From positions 22,258-86,257 of the forward strand of contig DATBRV010000120.1 of assembly GCA_036560145.1 (NCBI GenBank): a stretch of 64,000 bases of DNA, written 5' to 3'. The DNA comes from Myxococcota bacterium (GTDB lineage Bacteria; Myxococcota_A; UBA9160; SMWR01). Numbering within the stretch: position 1 is the first letter of the stretch; every line of letters starts with the position of its first letter. The notes under the pieces are model-generated. The model was not told where the DNA came from, searched no databases, and saw only the letters and a list, made by a program, of their open reading frames with translations. A program made the position numbers and the translations under genes. Shown here one piece after another: positions 9,155 to 18,933 of this stretch.

Positions 9155-10615
9155 ATGACCAGCACGCCCACCCGCGCGCTCCCGCTGCGCGACGTCTCCG
9201 GCTTCGATTTCGAATGCGACGTCGTCGTCGTCGGCCAGGGCGCCGCGGGCGGGGCGGCGGCGATCGAGGCCGCGCGCGCCGGCGCGGACGTCCTCGTGCT
9301 GGAGCGCATGACGCGCGGCGGCGGCGCGACGGCGCTCTCGACCGGGCTCACCTACTTCGGCGGCGGCACCGCGATCCAGAAGGCTTGCGGCTTCGAGGAC
9401 ACCGCGGCCGACATGATCGCGGCGGTGACGCTGGCGGCCGGCCCCCGCGTCGAGCCCGAGCGGATCCGGCTCTACTGCGAGGCCAGCGTCCAGCACTTCG
9501 AGTGGTTCCGCGCGCTCGGCGTCGAGTACAAGTCGTCGTTCGTGGACGACAAGCTCACGCACCCGGTCACCGACGATTGCCTGATGTTCAGCGGCAACGA
9601 GCTCTCCTGGCCGGACTGCGAGCAGGCGCGTCCCTTCCCGCGCGGCCACAAGCCGGCGCGCACCGGGGAAGCGGGCGGCTACCTGATGGAGGCGATCCTG
9701 CGCGGGACGCTGGAAGCCGGCGCCCGGGTCGTGAACGAGTGCCGCGTCCAGCGGCTGGTGCAGCGCGACGACGGCCGCGTGGTGGGCGTGGGGGCCGTTC
9801 GCGAGGGCCAACGCGTCCTCGTGAAGGCGCGCCGGGGCGTCGTGCTCACGACCGGGGGCTTCATCTTCAACAAGGCGATGCTCGCCAAGCACGCGCCCCG
9901 TCTTTTGGAATGCAACTACCCGACGGGAACCCCCGGCGACGACGGCTCCGGGATCCTGATGGGGACGGGCGCCGGCGGCGAAGCGATCAACATGGGCGAG
10001 GGTTTGGTGCTCAACGCCTACTACCCGCCTTCGAGTCATTTGAAGGGCGTGATGGTGGACGCGCTGGGCCGGCGCTTCGTGAACGAGGACGCCTACATCG
10101 GCCGCAGCAGCGACGCCATCCTGACGCGCGCGCAGGGGCGCGCCTATTTGATCGTTGATGACGCGCTCTACGGCAGGACCCAGGCCATGCACAAGCTGGC
10201 CGCCGTCGAGGAGAGCTTCGAGGCGCTCGAGAAGGCGCTGGCGATGCCGGAGGGCGTGTTGGTGGAGACGCTTGAGCACTACAACCGCTGGGCGGAGCGC
10301 GGGGAGGATCCGTTGTTCCACAAGGCGGCGAAGTGGCTGCGGCCGCTCCAGACGCCGCCCTACGCCGCGCTCGATTGCAGCACGCAGCGCTCGATCTTCG
10401 GCGCCTTCACGCTCGGAGGCCTGGCTGTCGCCCCCACCGGCGAGGTGCTGAGCGCGGAAGGCGAGCCGATCGCGGGGCTCTTCGCCGCGGGACGCTGCAC
10501 GGCCGGGCTGATCCGCGAGGGGCGCAACTACGCGAGCGGGCTGTCGATCGGCGACGCCAGCTTTTTTGGCCGCCTGGCCGGGGCGCGCGCGGCGCAGGCG
10601 CCTGATTGGCGATGA
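9155..10615 (+). CDS. FAD-dependent oxidoreductase, 3-ketosteroid dehydrogenase (KstD)/fumarate-reductase flavoprotein-like
   Basis: Dinucleotide fold DVVVVGQGAAGGAAAIEAARAGADVLVLE. C-terminal GLFAAGRCTAG...SGLSIGDASFFGRLAG. I chose the ATG at 9155 over 9116, which overlaps the upstream gene. Confidence 0.75.
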   Translation: MTSTPTRALPLRDVSGFDFECDVVVVGQGAAGGAAAIEAARAGADVLVLERMTRGGGATALSTGLTYFGGGTAIQKACGFEDTAADMIAAVTLAAGPRVEPERIRLYCEASVQHFEWFRALGVEYKSSFVDDKLTHPVTDDCLMFSGNELSWPDCEQARPFPRGHKPARTGEAGGYLMEAILRGTLEAGARVVNECRVQRLVQRDDGRVVGVGAVREGQRVLVKARRGVVLTTGGFIFNKAMLAKHAPRLLECNYPTGTPGDDGSGILMGTGAGGEAINMGEGLVLNAYYPPSSHLKGVMVDALGRRFVNEDAYIGRSSDAILTRAQGRAYLIVDDALYGRTQAMHKLAAVEESFEALEKALAMPEGVLVETLEHYNRWAERGEDPLFHKAAKWLRPLQTPPYAALDCSTQRSIFGAFTLGGLAVAPTGEVLSAEGEPIAGLFAAGRCTAGLIREGRNYASGLSIGDASFFGRLAGARAAQAPDWR

Positions 10616-10616
10616 C

Positions 10617-12605
10617 GTGATCACCCTCCCGATTCTCTTTTCGCCGATCCGGATCGGTTCGATGCAGCTCCGCAATCGGCTGGTGATGTCGCCGATGGAG
10701 ACCGGCTACGGAACCCGGGACGGGCTGCCGTCGCCGCGCACGCTCGCCTACTTCGAGGCGCGCGCCCGCGGCGGCGTGGGGCTGATCACGCTCGGCGCCT
10801 GCACGATCGATCCGGTCCACAAGGAGGTGCCGACGACGCTCCACTTCGGGAGCGACGACGTGATCGACGCGCACCGCCGCCTCGCCGAGCGCGCGCACGA
10901 GCACGGCGCACGGATCCAGCCCCAGCTGGTGCACGCCGGCCCCGACAGCCTCTCTCCCCTGCTCTCCGGGACGCCTTCGCTCGGCCCCTCGGTGATCCCC
11001 CATTACCTGACCGGTACGCCCTGCCGCGAGCTCGCCGAGGCGGAGCTTCCGGCGATCGTGGAGCAGTACCGCACTGCCTCGCGGCGCGTGCGCGAGGCCG
11101 GCTACGACGGGATCGAGCTGCACGCCGCGCACGGCTACATGCTGCTCGGATCCTTCCTCACCCCCTGGCGCAATCGACGCACGGATGCGTATACCGGGAG
11201 CACGCGGGCGGGCCGGCTGCGCCTCGCGCTCGAGGTGATCCGCGCGATCAAGCGGGAGGTGGGGCCGGAGTTCCCGCTCACCCTGCGCATCTCGGGCTAC
11301 GAGCGCGTGCCCGGCGGCCGCTCGCTGGAGGAGACGCAGGCGATGGCGCCTGAGCTGGAGGCGGCCGGCGTCGACGCCTTCCACGTGAGCGGCGGCGTGA
11401 TCGATCCGCTCACCTCCCAGATGGTGGCGGGCTCCTCGTTCGGCGACGCGCACAACGCGGCCGCCGCCGCCGCGGTGAAGCGCGTGGTGGACGCCCCCGT
11501 GATGGCGGTGGGCCGCATCCACGATCCCAAGCTGGCGGAGCGGATCCTGCGCGACGGCCACGCCGACCTGATCGCGATGGGCCGGCCGCTGCTCGCCGAC
11601 CCCGAGCTCGCCAACAAGGCGCGCGCCGGCCGCTTCGTCGAGATCCGCCGCTGCATCTCGTGCGAGCACTGCATCGACTCGATGGAGCGGGGCCGCGCGA
11701 GCTGCGCCGTGAATCCCTTCACCGGGCGCGAGGCGGAGCTCCCCTGGCAGGCGCCGGCGCGGCGCAAGCGCATCGTCGTAATTGGCGCCGGGCCGGGGGG
11801 CCTGGAGGCGGCGCGGCTGCTCGCGCGCCGCGGCCACCGCGTCGCCGTCTACGAGAAGCTGGGCCATCTCGGCGGAGCCCTCGCGATGGCCGCGACGGTG
11901 CACCCGGAGAACCAGCCCTTCCTGGACTTCCTGCGCGGCGAGATCACAAGGCTCGGCGTCGAGGTGCACCTCGGCCGCGCGCTCGATGCAGACGCGGCCG
12001 CGGCGCTCGCCCCAGACGCGGTCGTGGTGGCGACGGGCGGCCGCGTGGTGGCGCCCAAGCTGGCGGGAGACGAGCAGCAGCACGTGCTCACGGGAGCCGG
12101 CTTGCGGGAGCTCTTCAGCGGACGCGCCGGGCGGCTGGTGAGCCCCGGCCGGCTGCGGGCGCTCTCGCGCCTGTGGATGCCGATCGGCCGCCGAGTCGCC
12201 ATCATCGGCGCGGATCTCGCGGCGATCGAGCTCGCCGAGTTCCTGGCCGAGCGCGGGCGCAGCGTCGCGGTGCTCGAGACCGGCGACCGGATCGCTCCCG
12301 AGGTGGGCCCCAAGAGGCGTGCCGAGCAGATGGACAGCCTCGATCGGCGCGGCATCCCGGTGAACGTCGGCGTCGCGATCGAGCGGATCACGCGCGAAGG
12401 CGTCCTGCTGCGGCGCGCGCAAGGCGCCCCCGCCCTGGTGCCCGCCGACAGCGTGATCCTGGCCGGGCAGGTGGAGCCCGACACCAGGCTCGTGGATTCC
12501 CTGAGAGGCCGCGTGCCGGAGCTGCACGCCGTGGGCGACTGCACCGGTCTCGGACTGATCCGCAAGGCCACGGAAGAAGCCGCGCGCGTCGCCTGCGCGC
12601 TATGA
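10617..12605 (+). CDS. OYE-type NADH:flavin oxidoreductase fused to an FAD/NAD(P)-binding domain (2,4-dienoyl-CoA reductase FadH / BaiH-like)
   Basis: LRNRLVMSPM and HAAHGYMLLGSFL (OYE barrel). Cys cluster CISCEHC...C. VVIGAGPGGLEAA. GTG at 10617 follows the upstream stop by 1 nt. The start is uncertain (alternative ATG near 10662). Confidence 0.8.
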   Translation: MITLPILFSPIRIGSMQLRNRLVMSPMETGYGTRDGLPSPRTLAYFEARARGGVGLITLGACTIDPVHKEVPTTLHFGSDDVIDAHRRLAERAHEHGARIQPQLVHAGPDSLSPLLSGTPSLGPSVIPHYLTGTPCRELAEAELPAIVEQYRTASRRVREAGYDGIELHAAHGYMLLGSFLTPWRNRRTDAYTGSTRAGRLRLALEVIRAIKREVGPEFPLTLRISGYERVPGGRSLEETQAMAPELEAAGVDAFHVSGGVIDPLTSQMVAGSSFGDAHNAAAAAAVKRVVDAPVMAVGRIHDPKLAERILRDGHADLIAMGRPLLADPELANKARAGRFVEIRRCISCEHCIDSMERGRASCAVNPFTGREAELPWQAPARRKRIVVIGAGPGGLEAARLLARRGHRVAVYEKLGHLGGALAMAATVHPENQPFLDFLRGEITRLGVEVHLGRALDADAAAALAPDAVVVATGGRVVAPKLAGDEQQHVLTGAGLRELFSGRAGRLVSPGRLRALSRLWMPIGRRVAIIGADLAAIELAEFLAERGRSVAVLETGDRIAPEVGPKRRAEQMDSLDRRGIPVNVGVAIERITREGVLLRRAQGAPALVPADSVILAGQVEPDTRLVDSLRGRVPELHAVGDCTGLGLIRKATEEAARVACAL

Positions 12606-12627
12606 AGAGGACGGAGAGGAGATCCGA

Positions 12628-13035
12628 ATGGACCCCAAGCACCCCGCACTGATCGCCGCGCAGAGCTCCTGGCGCTACGTCCAGGCCAGGGACCGCGAGA
12701 GCTGGCTCGCGTTGCTCGCCCCGGACATCTGCATCGAGGACCCCATCGGCGTCGGCCCCACCAACCCGGACGGCAAGGGCATCCGGGGCATCGAGGCGGC
12801 GCGTCAGTTCTGGGACAAGAACATCGCGACCACCTCGATTCGGATCGAGGCGCACGAATCCTTCGCCGCCGCGAACGAATCCGCTCACGTGCTCACGCTC
12901 ACGACCAGCTTCCCGAACGGCGTCACGATCGGGGTGCACGGCATCTTCACGTACCGCCTGAACGATGCGGGCAAGCTCGCCAGCCTGCGCGGCTACTGGA
13001 CCATGGCGGACGCGAAGATCACCAAGAAATCGTAG
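12628..13035 (+). CDS. NTF2-fold SnoaL/ketosteroid-isomerase-like protein
   Basis: 135 aa with a GGAGAGGAG RBS upstream. The size and sequence pattern (WRYVQARDRESWLALLAPDICIEDP...) are typical of SnoaL/KSI-like domains. Confidence 0.65.
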   Translation: MDPKHPALIAAQSSWRYVQARDRESWLALLAPDICIEDPIGVGPTNPDGKGIRGIEAARQFWDKNIATTSIRIEAHESFAAANESAHVLTLTTSFPNGVTIGVHGIFTYRLNDAGKLASLRGYWTMADAKITKKS

Positions 13036-13039
13036 ACGG

Positions 13040-13864
13040 CTACGCCTTCACGCACAGGAGCTGTGCGCCGCCGCTCGCGAGCAGGCGGCCGGAGGCGTCG
13101 TAGACGCGGCTGGTGGATCCGATCAGACCGTCCTCGGCGAGGGGGGCCTCGCCGGCGCCGAGCAGCCACTCGGCCTTCGAAGCGGAGCGGTGGAACCACG
13201 CCACCACGTCGAGGTTCGGCGCGTTCCAGGCGGTCGGGCCGTGGTGCGCCCAGGCGGCGTTCCAGGGCAGGATGTCGAGCAGCACCAGCACGCGGCCCGC
13301 GTCCAAAAAAGGCTCCTCGAAGGCCGCCGCCGGGCGGAAGCGGTACCACATGCTCATCTCGGGCGCGCCGCCGTAGCTGCGGTTCTTGTGCGCGAGGCCT
13401 TCGGGGGGGCGACACTCGATGTTGTTCCAGAACGGAAAGGGCGGCCCGGGCTCGCCCGCGTAGACGGTCTCCATGTCGGGGAGCGCTTCCGGGGGAGGCA
13501 CCTGCGGCGCCGCGGCGGCGTCGTGCGCCAGGCCCTCGCCGCCGGCCGCCGTGCGCACGATCGCCTCCAGCACGGCGCGGTCTCCCTGGCGCATCGAAAC
13601 GCGCAGCGATTCGGAGCGCCGGCCGCGCTGGAGCGCCGTCACCTCGATCTCGACCGGCTCGAAGCGCGCGATCGAAATGAAATGCGCGGCGAACGCCACC
13701 GGCCTCGGGATGCGCGCCTCGGCGCCGGCGGCCCGCAGTGCAATCGCCGCCACGTACCCGCCGTTCGGCCCCCAGATGCGCCAATCCTCGGAGAGCGTCG
13801 CGCGGTAGCGGCCGCCCTCCCCTTCCACGCGGGTATCCAGCGAGAAGTCGCCCATCGCCGCCAA
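13040..13864 (-). CDS. acyl-CoA thioesterase II-like (double hot-dog) protein
   Basis: 274 aa. WGPNGGYVAAIALRAA and the overall layout resemble TesB-family thioesterases. Confidence 0.6.
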   Translation of the reverse strand: MAAMGDFSLDTRVEGEGGRYRATLSEDWRIWGPNGGYVAAIALRAAGAEARIPRPVAFAAHFISIARFEPVEIEVTALQRGRRSESLRVSMRQGDRAVLEAIVRTAAGGEGLAHDAAAAPQVPPPEALPDMETVYAGEPGPPFPFWNNIECRPPEGLAHKNRSYGGAPEMSMWYRFRPAAAFEEPFLDAGRVLVLLDILPWNAAWAHHGPTAWNAPNLDVVAWFHRSASKAEWLLGAGEAPLAEDGLIGSTSRVYDASGRLLASGGAQLLCVKA

Positions 13865-13912
13865 AGCATACCAGGGCTAGCATCCGCGCCGCGCCCATTG
13901 CCCGCCGGAATC

Positions 13913-13960
13913 GCCTGAATGAACTTCGCTCGCCTGCGGCTCGCTGCGCGCTTCGCTTGC
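13913..13960 (-). repeat. copy C of the dispersed intergenic repeat (reverse orientation)
   Basis: The reverse complement reads CAAGCGAAGCGCGCAGCGAGCCGCAGGCGAGCGAAGTTCATTCAGGC. It lies in the divergent gap between the thioesterase and the small membrane-protein gene. Confidence 0.8.
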
Positions 13961-14241
13961 TAGAGATCATCCTTCTTCTCAGCTTCGTCGCGTTCGTGCT
14001 CGCCGCCCTCGGCGGGATCGGCTTCGTCGCGCTGCTCGCGCTCGGTATGGGCATGATGCTGGCCGCGATCTTCGCCGATTGGCTGCGGCACAAGCTGCTG
14101 CCCGCGCGCCACTGGGCGGACCGGCGCTTCGGGGCCCAGCTTCGAACCCTGGTCCAGATGCGCGTGAGCCTGCTGCTGTGGTCGGGGCTCGGCGTCTTCC
14201 TCGCCTGCCTCGCCTGGCTCTGGCTGGCCCGGCTCAGCTAG
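13957..14241 (+). CDS. small hydrophobic membrane protein; start codon uncertain
   Basis: The in-frame stretch LEIILLLSFVAFVLAALGGIGFVALLALGMGMMLAAIF...LLLWSGLGVFLACLAWLWLA predicts 2-3 TM helices. The candidate TTG at 13957 lies inside repeat C. Alternative ATG at 14047. Confidence 0.35.
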   Translation: MLEIILLLSFVAFVLAALGGIGFVALLALGMGMMLAAIFADWLRHKLLPARHWADRRFGAQLRTLVQMRVSLLLWSGLGVFLACLAWLWLARLS

Positions 14242-14887
14242 CCGCGGGCTCCCGCCGCGCGCGCACGAACTCCACCACCATCGGCATCACCGAGATCACG
14301 ATGATCGCGAGGATCACGATGTGGAAGTTGCGCTTCACGGTCTCGAGCTGGCCGAACCAGTAGCCCGCGAGCAGGAAGGAGAGCACCCAGGTGAAGGCGC
14401 CCGAGACGTTGTAGGCGGCGAAGTAGCGGTAGCTCATGCTCCCGATCCCCGCGACGAAGGGCGCGAAGGTGCGGATGATCGGGACGAAGCGCGCCAGGAA
14501 GATCGTCTTCCCGCCGTGCCGCTCGTAGAACTCGTGCGTGCGCTGGAGATGCTTGCGGTTCAGGAAGCGCGCGTGGTCGCTGGAGAAGACCATCGGACCG
14601 AGATAGTTCCCGACCGCGTAGTTGACGGCGTCGCCCAGCACCGCCGCGCTGATCAGCAGGGCCGAGAGCAGCGGGAGCGAGAGCGGCGAGCCCTCGATCG
14701 AGCAGAGCGCCCCCACCGCAAAGAGCAGTGAATCGCCCGGCAAAAAGGGCGTCACCACCAGGCCCGTCTCGCAGAACACGATCAGGAACAGCACCAGGTA
14801 GAGCCAGGGGCCCAGCACGGCCGCCCACTCGTTCACGTGCTGGTCGAGGTGGAGGAAGAGATCGAGAACCTGCTGCAGGACTTCCAT
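14234..14887 (-). CDS. DedA/SNARE-associated family membrane protein
   Basis: CETGLVVTPFLPGDSLLF and FLARFVPIIRTFAPFVAG are signature DedA motifs. Confidence 0.85.
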   Translation of the reverse strand: MEVLQQVLDLFLHLDQHVNEWAAVLGPWLYLVLFLIVFCETGLVVTPFLPGDSLLFAVGALCSIEGSPLSLPLLSALLISAAVLGDAVNYAVGNYLGPMVFSSDHARFLNRKHLQRTHEFYERHGGKTIFLARFVPIIRTFAPFVAGIGSMSYRYFAAYNVSGAFTWVLSFLLAGYWFGQLETVKRNFHIVILAIIVISVMPMVVEFVRARREPAAS

Positions 14888-14906
14888 GCGCTCCTCGGGG
14901 CCGTCT

Positions 14907-16736
14907 TCAGCCGATGATCACGATACGCACTTCGCGCGGCGTCCGCATCGCGAGGCGGGCGAGCACGTTGCCGCGCAGGAAGCGCCAGAGCGTTCCGCGT
15001 TGCGAGGTGCCGACCAGGATCGCGCTCACCTCCAGCTCGAGGGCGACCTGCACGATCGCGTCGCCGGCCTCCTGGGCGAGGCGCCAGATCGGCACCGCCG
15101 TCATCTCACGCGAGTTCAGCCAGGAGACGGCCTGGGCGAGCACCTCGCGGGCCTCCCGGGAGGGTTGCGTGTCGCGCGGCACGAACAGGCCCGGCACCTC
15201 TTCGACGAAGAGCACGGCGACGTCGTGCTCGCCCCCGCCGGTCACGTGCGTGGCGGCTTCCTCCAGCAGGCGTTGATTCGGGCCGCGCAGACAGACGAGG
15301 GTCCGCGGCGAATAGGTGGGCTTCAAGTCGAGCGCTTCCTGGAGCGTCAGGATCTCGACCGCCGCGGGGCTCTCCGCGGCGATCCGCTCGGCCTCCTGGG
15401 TGGTCACCTTTCCGCCGCTTCGCCTGCGCAGGAAGGGCACGTCGCCGCGGTGCAGCAGGCCGTAGGCCAGCATCGCCAGCGTCAGCGTGCCGCCGAAGAC
15501 GGTCGCGTGCGGCTTCTCGATCAGGTTGGTGGCGAACGCGATCAGGACCAGGCCGGTGGTGGCGACGCCCACCCAGAAGAGCATCCCGGTGCGGCCCTCC
15601 GAAATGCGCACGCGGTCCAGCGAGATGGAGGAGAGGAAAAAGGCCCCGAGCAGGCCGAAGGCATACAGCGCGCCGAGCGCGCCGAGATCGCCTCGCGTCG
15701 CCACCAGCACCGCGATCGGCACCACGGCCGCGAGGGCGATCGCGAGATGCGGCGTGCCGAACTTCTCCGAGCGCCGCACCAGCGGGCGGGGCAGGAAATC
15801 GCCGTCGGCGAGCGCGCCCATCACGTGGTAGGTGCCGACCACCGCCGTGTTGGCGGCGAACAAGAGCAAGGCGGACGCCGACACCACGATCAGCGCCCTC
15901 AGCCAGGTCCCGCCCATCGCGAAGGCGAGCTCGGACTGGAAGGCGTCGGGGTTCGCCATGCTGGGATCCAGCAGATTGGTCGCGAAGGCGGTGAGCAGCG
16001 GCGAGGTCGCCAGGATCGCGATCACGACCATCAGCATCGCGAGCCCGGCCGTGCGACGCCGCGGCGGACCCATCGCGGGGGAGATCTGCGCCAGCGATTC
16101 GAGGCCGCTGAAGGCGAGCCAGGCGAAGGCGTAGCCGGTGATCGCGTCGGCGATCGGAATCCGCCCGGCGGCGGTCGCGGCATTGCGCACCTTCTCCCAG
16201 GCCGCCGAGTCGATCTGCGTCGCGGTCACGCCGATCAGGAGCAGAAGCGAGGCGAAGGCGAGCATCGCGATCGCGGCGCTCACCTGCGCCGATTCGCGGA
16301 TCCCGATCCAGTTGAGCACGCCGAGCAGCACCAGGCCCGCCGCCGCCAGCGGGAGCTCGAAGCCCTGGAGCACCGGCACCAGCGTGGCTAGATAGGTGAA
16401 GCCCGCGATCGAGGAGATCGCCGCGGTGAGGAAGTAGTCGACCAGGATCAGCATCCCGCCGAGCGCGCCCATGCGCGGGCCGAAGGCCTCCTCCGCCACG
16501 GATACGACGCCGCCACCGCCCGGATAGCGCGCGGCGATGTCGGAGTACTTCTCGGCCAGCAGCACGAAGGCCAGACTGGTCGCGAGTACGAAGGTCGCCG
16601 CGCTGGTGCCCACGCTGCGGAAGAGCAGGCCCGGCACGTAGTAGACGCTGGTGCCGATGTCGGCGTACACGATCGCCCAGCACAGCACGGGGCCGAGCGT
16701 GCGCAGCTGCGCGTGACCGTTTCCGACCCGAGCCAA
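14907..16736 (-). CDS. APC-superfamily permease with a C-terminal universal stress protein (UspA) domain
   Basis: About 12 TM helices in the N-terminal 430 aa (WAIVYADIGTSVYYVPG). The C-terminal alpha/beta USP-like domain ends ILVGTSQRGTLWRFLRGNV. Confidence 0.75.
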   Translation of the reverse strand: MARVGNGHAQLRTLGPVLCWAIVYADIGTSVYYVPGLLFRSVGTSAATFVLATSLAFVLLAEKYSDIAARYPGGGGVVSVAEEAFGPRMGALGGMLILVDYFLTAAISSIAGFTYLATLVPVLQGFELPLAAAGLVLLGVLNWIGIRESAQVSAAIAMLAFASLLLLIGVTATQIDSAAWEKVRNAATAAGRIPIADAITGYAFAWLAFSGLESLAQISPAMGPPRRRTAGLAMLMVVIAILATSPLLTAFATNLLDPSMANPDAFQSELAFAMGGTWLRALIVVSASALLLFAANTAVVGTYHVMGALADGDFLPRPLVRRSEKFGTPHLAIALAAVVPIAVLVATRGDLGALGALYAFGLLGAFFLSSISLDRVRISEGRTGMLFWVGVATTGLVLIAFATNLIEKPHATVFGGTLTLAMLAYGLLHRGDVPFLRRRSGGKVTTQEAERIAAESPAAVEILTLQEALDLKPTYSPRTLVCLRGPNQRLLEEAATHVTGGGEHDVAVLFVEEVPGLFVPRDTQPSREAREVLAQAVSWLNSREMTAVPIWRLAQEAGDAIVQVALELEVSAILVGTSQRGTLWRFLRGNVLARLAMRTPREVRIVIIG

Positions 16737-16763
16737 GACCCACCCCCCGAGACGACCGGCGCG

Positions 16764-17582
16764 TCAGTGTACCTTCGGAAGCAGTCCGCGGCGCAGCGCC
16801 AGCCGAAATACCCACGCCACCAGCAGCGAAGCCAGGGCGAGGTAGACGAGGTTCTCGGCGCTGGCGAGCGCGAGCCGTCCCCAGGCGATCCCACCGCCCG
16901 CCGCCGCCAGCCGCATCCCCTCGAAGACGTGGTTCGCGGGAATCGCCTGCGCCACCGCGCGCGCCGCGGTCGGCAGCACCGACTCCGGATAGAAGACCGA
17001 GGAGAACGGCATCAGCAGCACCGGCAGGCTCCAGGCCAGGATCCCCCAGCGCCCGCCGAAGCGCAGGATCAGCGCGAGCGAGATCAACCCGACCGTCCAG
17101 CCCAGCAGCACCAGGTTCGCGATGAAGGGAACCAGCGCGAAGCCGAACGAGAAGAGGTCGAAGGCGTAGAGGAACCAGGCGGCCGCCGCCATCACCCCGA
17201 GCGTGAGCGCGAGCTTGACCAGCCCGAGCAGCATGATCGCCGCCGCGAACTCCCAGACCTTGAGCGGCGACGCGAAGACCGTCACCAGCGAGCGCGCCCA
17301 GACGTCGTCGAGGAAGGAGACCGAGACGTCCTGCGAGCAGCGGAAGAAGAGGTTCCACAGGATCGCGGCGCCCAGGAAGATGGCGAGAGCGTTCGGGAGC
17401 TGCGCCCCGCTGCCGGCGACGTAGAGCGTGAGGTATCCCCAGATCACGACGTCGATCAGCGCCCACTGGAAGGTGTCGATCACGCGCGAGGCGTCGCGGC
17501 GCAGCAGCAGCAGGTAGCGCAGCACCAGCGCACGGATCCGGCGCGCGCTGGCGCGCGTGCGCGCGCCCGTCGAGAGCGGCAT
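16764..17582 (-). CDS. ABC-2 type transporter permease
   Basis: The ATG at 17582 lies just downstream of the ATPase stop. Six hydrophobic segments. The N-terminus LRYLLLLRRDASRVIDTFQWALIDVVIWGY is typical of the ABC-2 family. Confidence 0.75.
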   Translation of the reverse strand: MPLSTGARTRASARRIRALVLRYLLLLRRDASRVIDTFQWALIDVVIWGYLTLYVAGSGAQLPNALAIFLGAAILWNLFFRCSQDVSVSFLDDVWARSLVTVFASPLKVWEFAAAIMLLGLVKLALTLGVMAAAAWFLYAFDLFSFGFALVPFIANLVLLGWTVGLISLALILRFGGRWGILAWSLPVLLMPFSSVFYPESVLPTAARAVAQAIPANHVFEGMRLAAAGGGIAWGRLALASAENLVYLALASLLVAWVFRLALRRGLLPKVH

Positions 17583-17596
17583 TGCGACGGCGGCCG

Positions 17597-18370
17597 TCAC
17601 GCCACGGCCCCGCGCGAGATCCGCAGGAAGACCTCCTCCATGGCGGCCGCGTCGAGATCCTCGCTGCCGAGCACGCGCTTGCTGACCTCGAGCGGCGTGC
17701 CCTCCGCTACGACGTGGCCCTTGTGGAGGAAGATCACCCGGTCGCACACCTCCTCGACCTCGGCCATGTTGTGCGACGTATATAGGATGGAGAGACCGCG
17801 CTCGCCGCGCAGGCGGAGCAGCAGCTTGCGCGTCTTGTCGGCGATGTCGGGGTCGAGACTCGAGGTGGGCTCGTCAAGTACCAATATGGCCGGATCGTGC
17901 AGCAGCGCGCGCGCGAGCCCGGCGCGCATCTGCTGGCCGAGCGAGAGATCGCCGAACTTGTTGCGCGCGTGCGCCGCCAGCTCGAAGAGGCCGAGCACCT
18001 GCTCCACCGCGCCGTGCGGCGCCCCGTAGAGGCCGGCGAAGACCCGCAGGTTCTCGCCCACCGTCAGGCGCCAGTCCATCATCGCCTCGGGCGAGGTGAA
18101 GCCCACCTGCCGCAGCGCCGTCTCGCGATCCGCAAAGGGATCGGCGCCGAGCAGCCGCACGCTGCCCGACGTCGGCTGCACCAGACCGAGCAGCACGTGC
18201 AGCGTGGTCGTCTTGCCGGCGCCGTTCGGCCCCAGCAGCCCGAGCACCTCGCCCCGGCGCAGCTCGAACGAGATGCCCGCGAGGGCCGTCGTGTGCGGAA
18301 AGCGCTTCACGAGATCGCGCACGCAGATGGCGCTCTCGCTGAAAGCTGGCAGGGCGGGCGTGGGCGGCAT
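17597..18370 (-). CDS. ABC transporter ATP-binding protein
   Basis: Walker A GPNGAGKTT, signature LSLGQQMR, Walker B ILVLDEPTSSLD. Confidence 0.9.
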   Translation of the reverse strand: MPPTPALPAFSESAICVRDLVKRFPHTTALAGISFELRRGEVLGLLGPNGAGKTTTLHVLLGLVQPTSGSVRLLGADPFADRETALRQVGFTSPEAMMDWRLTVGENLRVFAGLYGAPHGAVEQVLGLFELAAHARNKFGDLSLGQQMRAGLARALLHDPAILVLDEPTSSLDPDIADKTRKLLLRLRGERGLSILYTSHNMAEVEEVCDRVIFLHKGHVVAEGTPLEVSKRVLGSEDLDAAAMEEVFLRISRGAVA

Positions 18371-18436
18371 GGGCGGGGCGGGACTCTAGAGCACATCCCG
18401 GAACTGACGCAGCAACCTGGAACCCCGAGGGGTAGC

Positions 18437-18931
18437 ATGGCCTTCGGGAGGACTCGGATCCTCGTGTCGTCGGGAAGGCTCGAGCGTTGGCTCTACCGGG
18501 GCGGGCGACCGGGTCAGCTGGCCCGCCTGCTCAATCGCTGGTTCGCAACCGTTCACGCCAGCGGCCGAGCTCCGAGCCATTGGGTCACGCTGCAAGTGGT
18601 CGGTCGCCGATCGGGACGCACGCTCTCGTTCCCGCTCGTGATGGTCGTACTGGGTGCAGATCGGTACCTCGTCTCGATGCTCGGCAGAGACGCCGCCTGG
18701 GTTCGCAACCTGGAAGCGGACGCAGGCCACGCCGTCTTGCTTCACGGACGGGCGGAGCAGGTCCGCCTCGAAGCGCTCGAGAGCGAGAGACGCGCCCCCG
18801 TGTTGAAGGCCTACTTGCAGCGGGCGCCGGGGGCGCGGCCGCACATCCCGGTGGACAAGGACGCGCCGCTCTCGGAGTTCGAGGCGATCGCCGAGCAGAT
18901 CCCCGTGTTTCGCGTTCTCGTCGCCGGCTGA
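18437..18931 (+). CDS. nitroreductase/deazaflavin-dependent oxidoreductase-like (DUF385-type) protein
   Basis: ATG at 18437. LQVVGRRSGRTLSFPLVMV...YLVSMLGRDAAWVRNLEA matches the split beta-barrel DUF385 pattern. The upstream part of the track ORF is antisense to the ABC ATPase. Confidence 0.6.
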   Translation: MAFGRTRILVSSGRLERWLYRGGRPGQLARLLNRWFATVHASGRAPSHWVTLQVVGRRSGRTLSFPLVMVVLGADRYLVSMLGRDAAWVRNLEADAGHAVLLHGRAEQVRLEALESERRAPVLKAYLQRAPGARPHIPVDKDAPLSEFEAIAEQIPVFRVLVAG

Positions 18932-18933
18932 GC

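Noticed and set aside
13738-13956. Upstream extension of the small membrane-protein ORF (167-aa version).
   Set aside because: It overlaps the thioesterase gene antisense and reads straight through the dispersed repeat copy C. Only the hydrophobic distal part is plausible, and even its start is uncertain.
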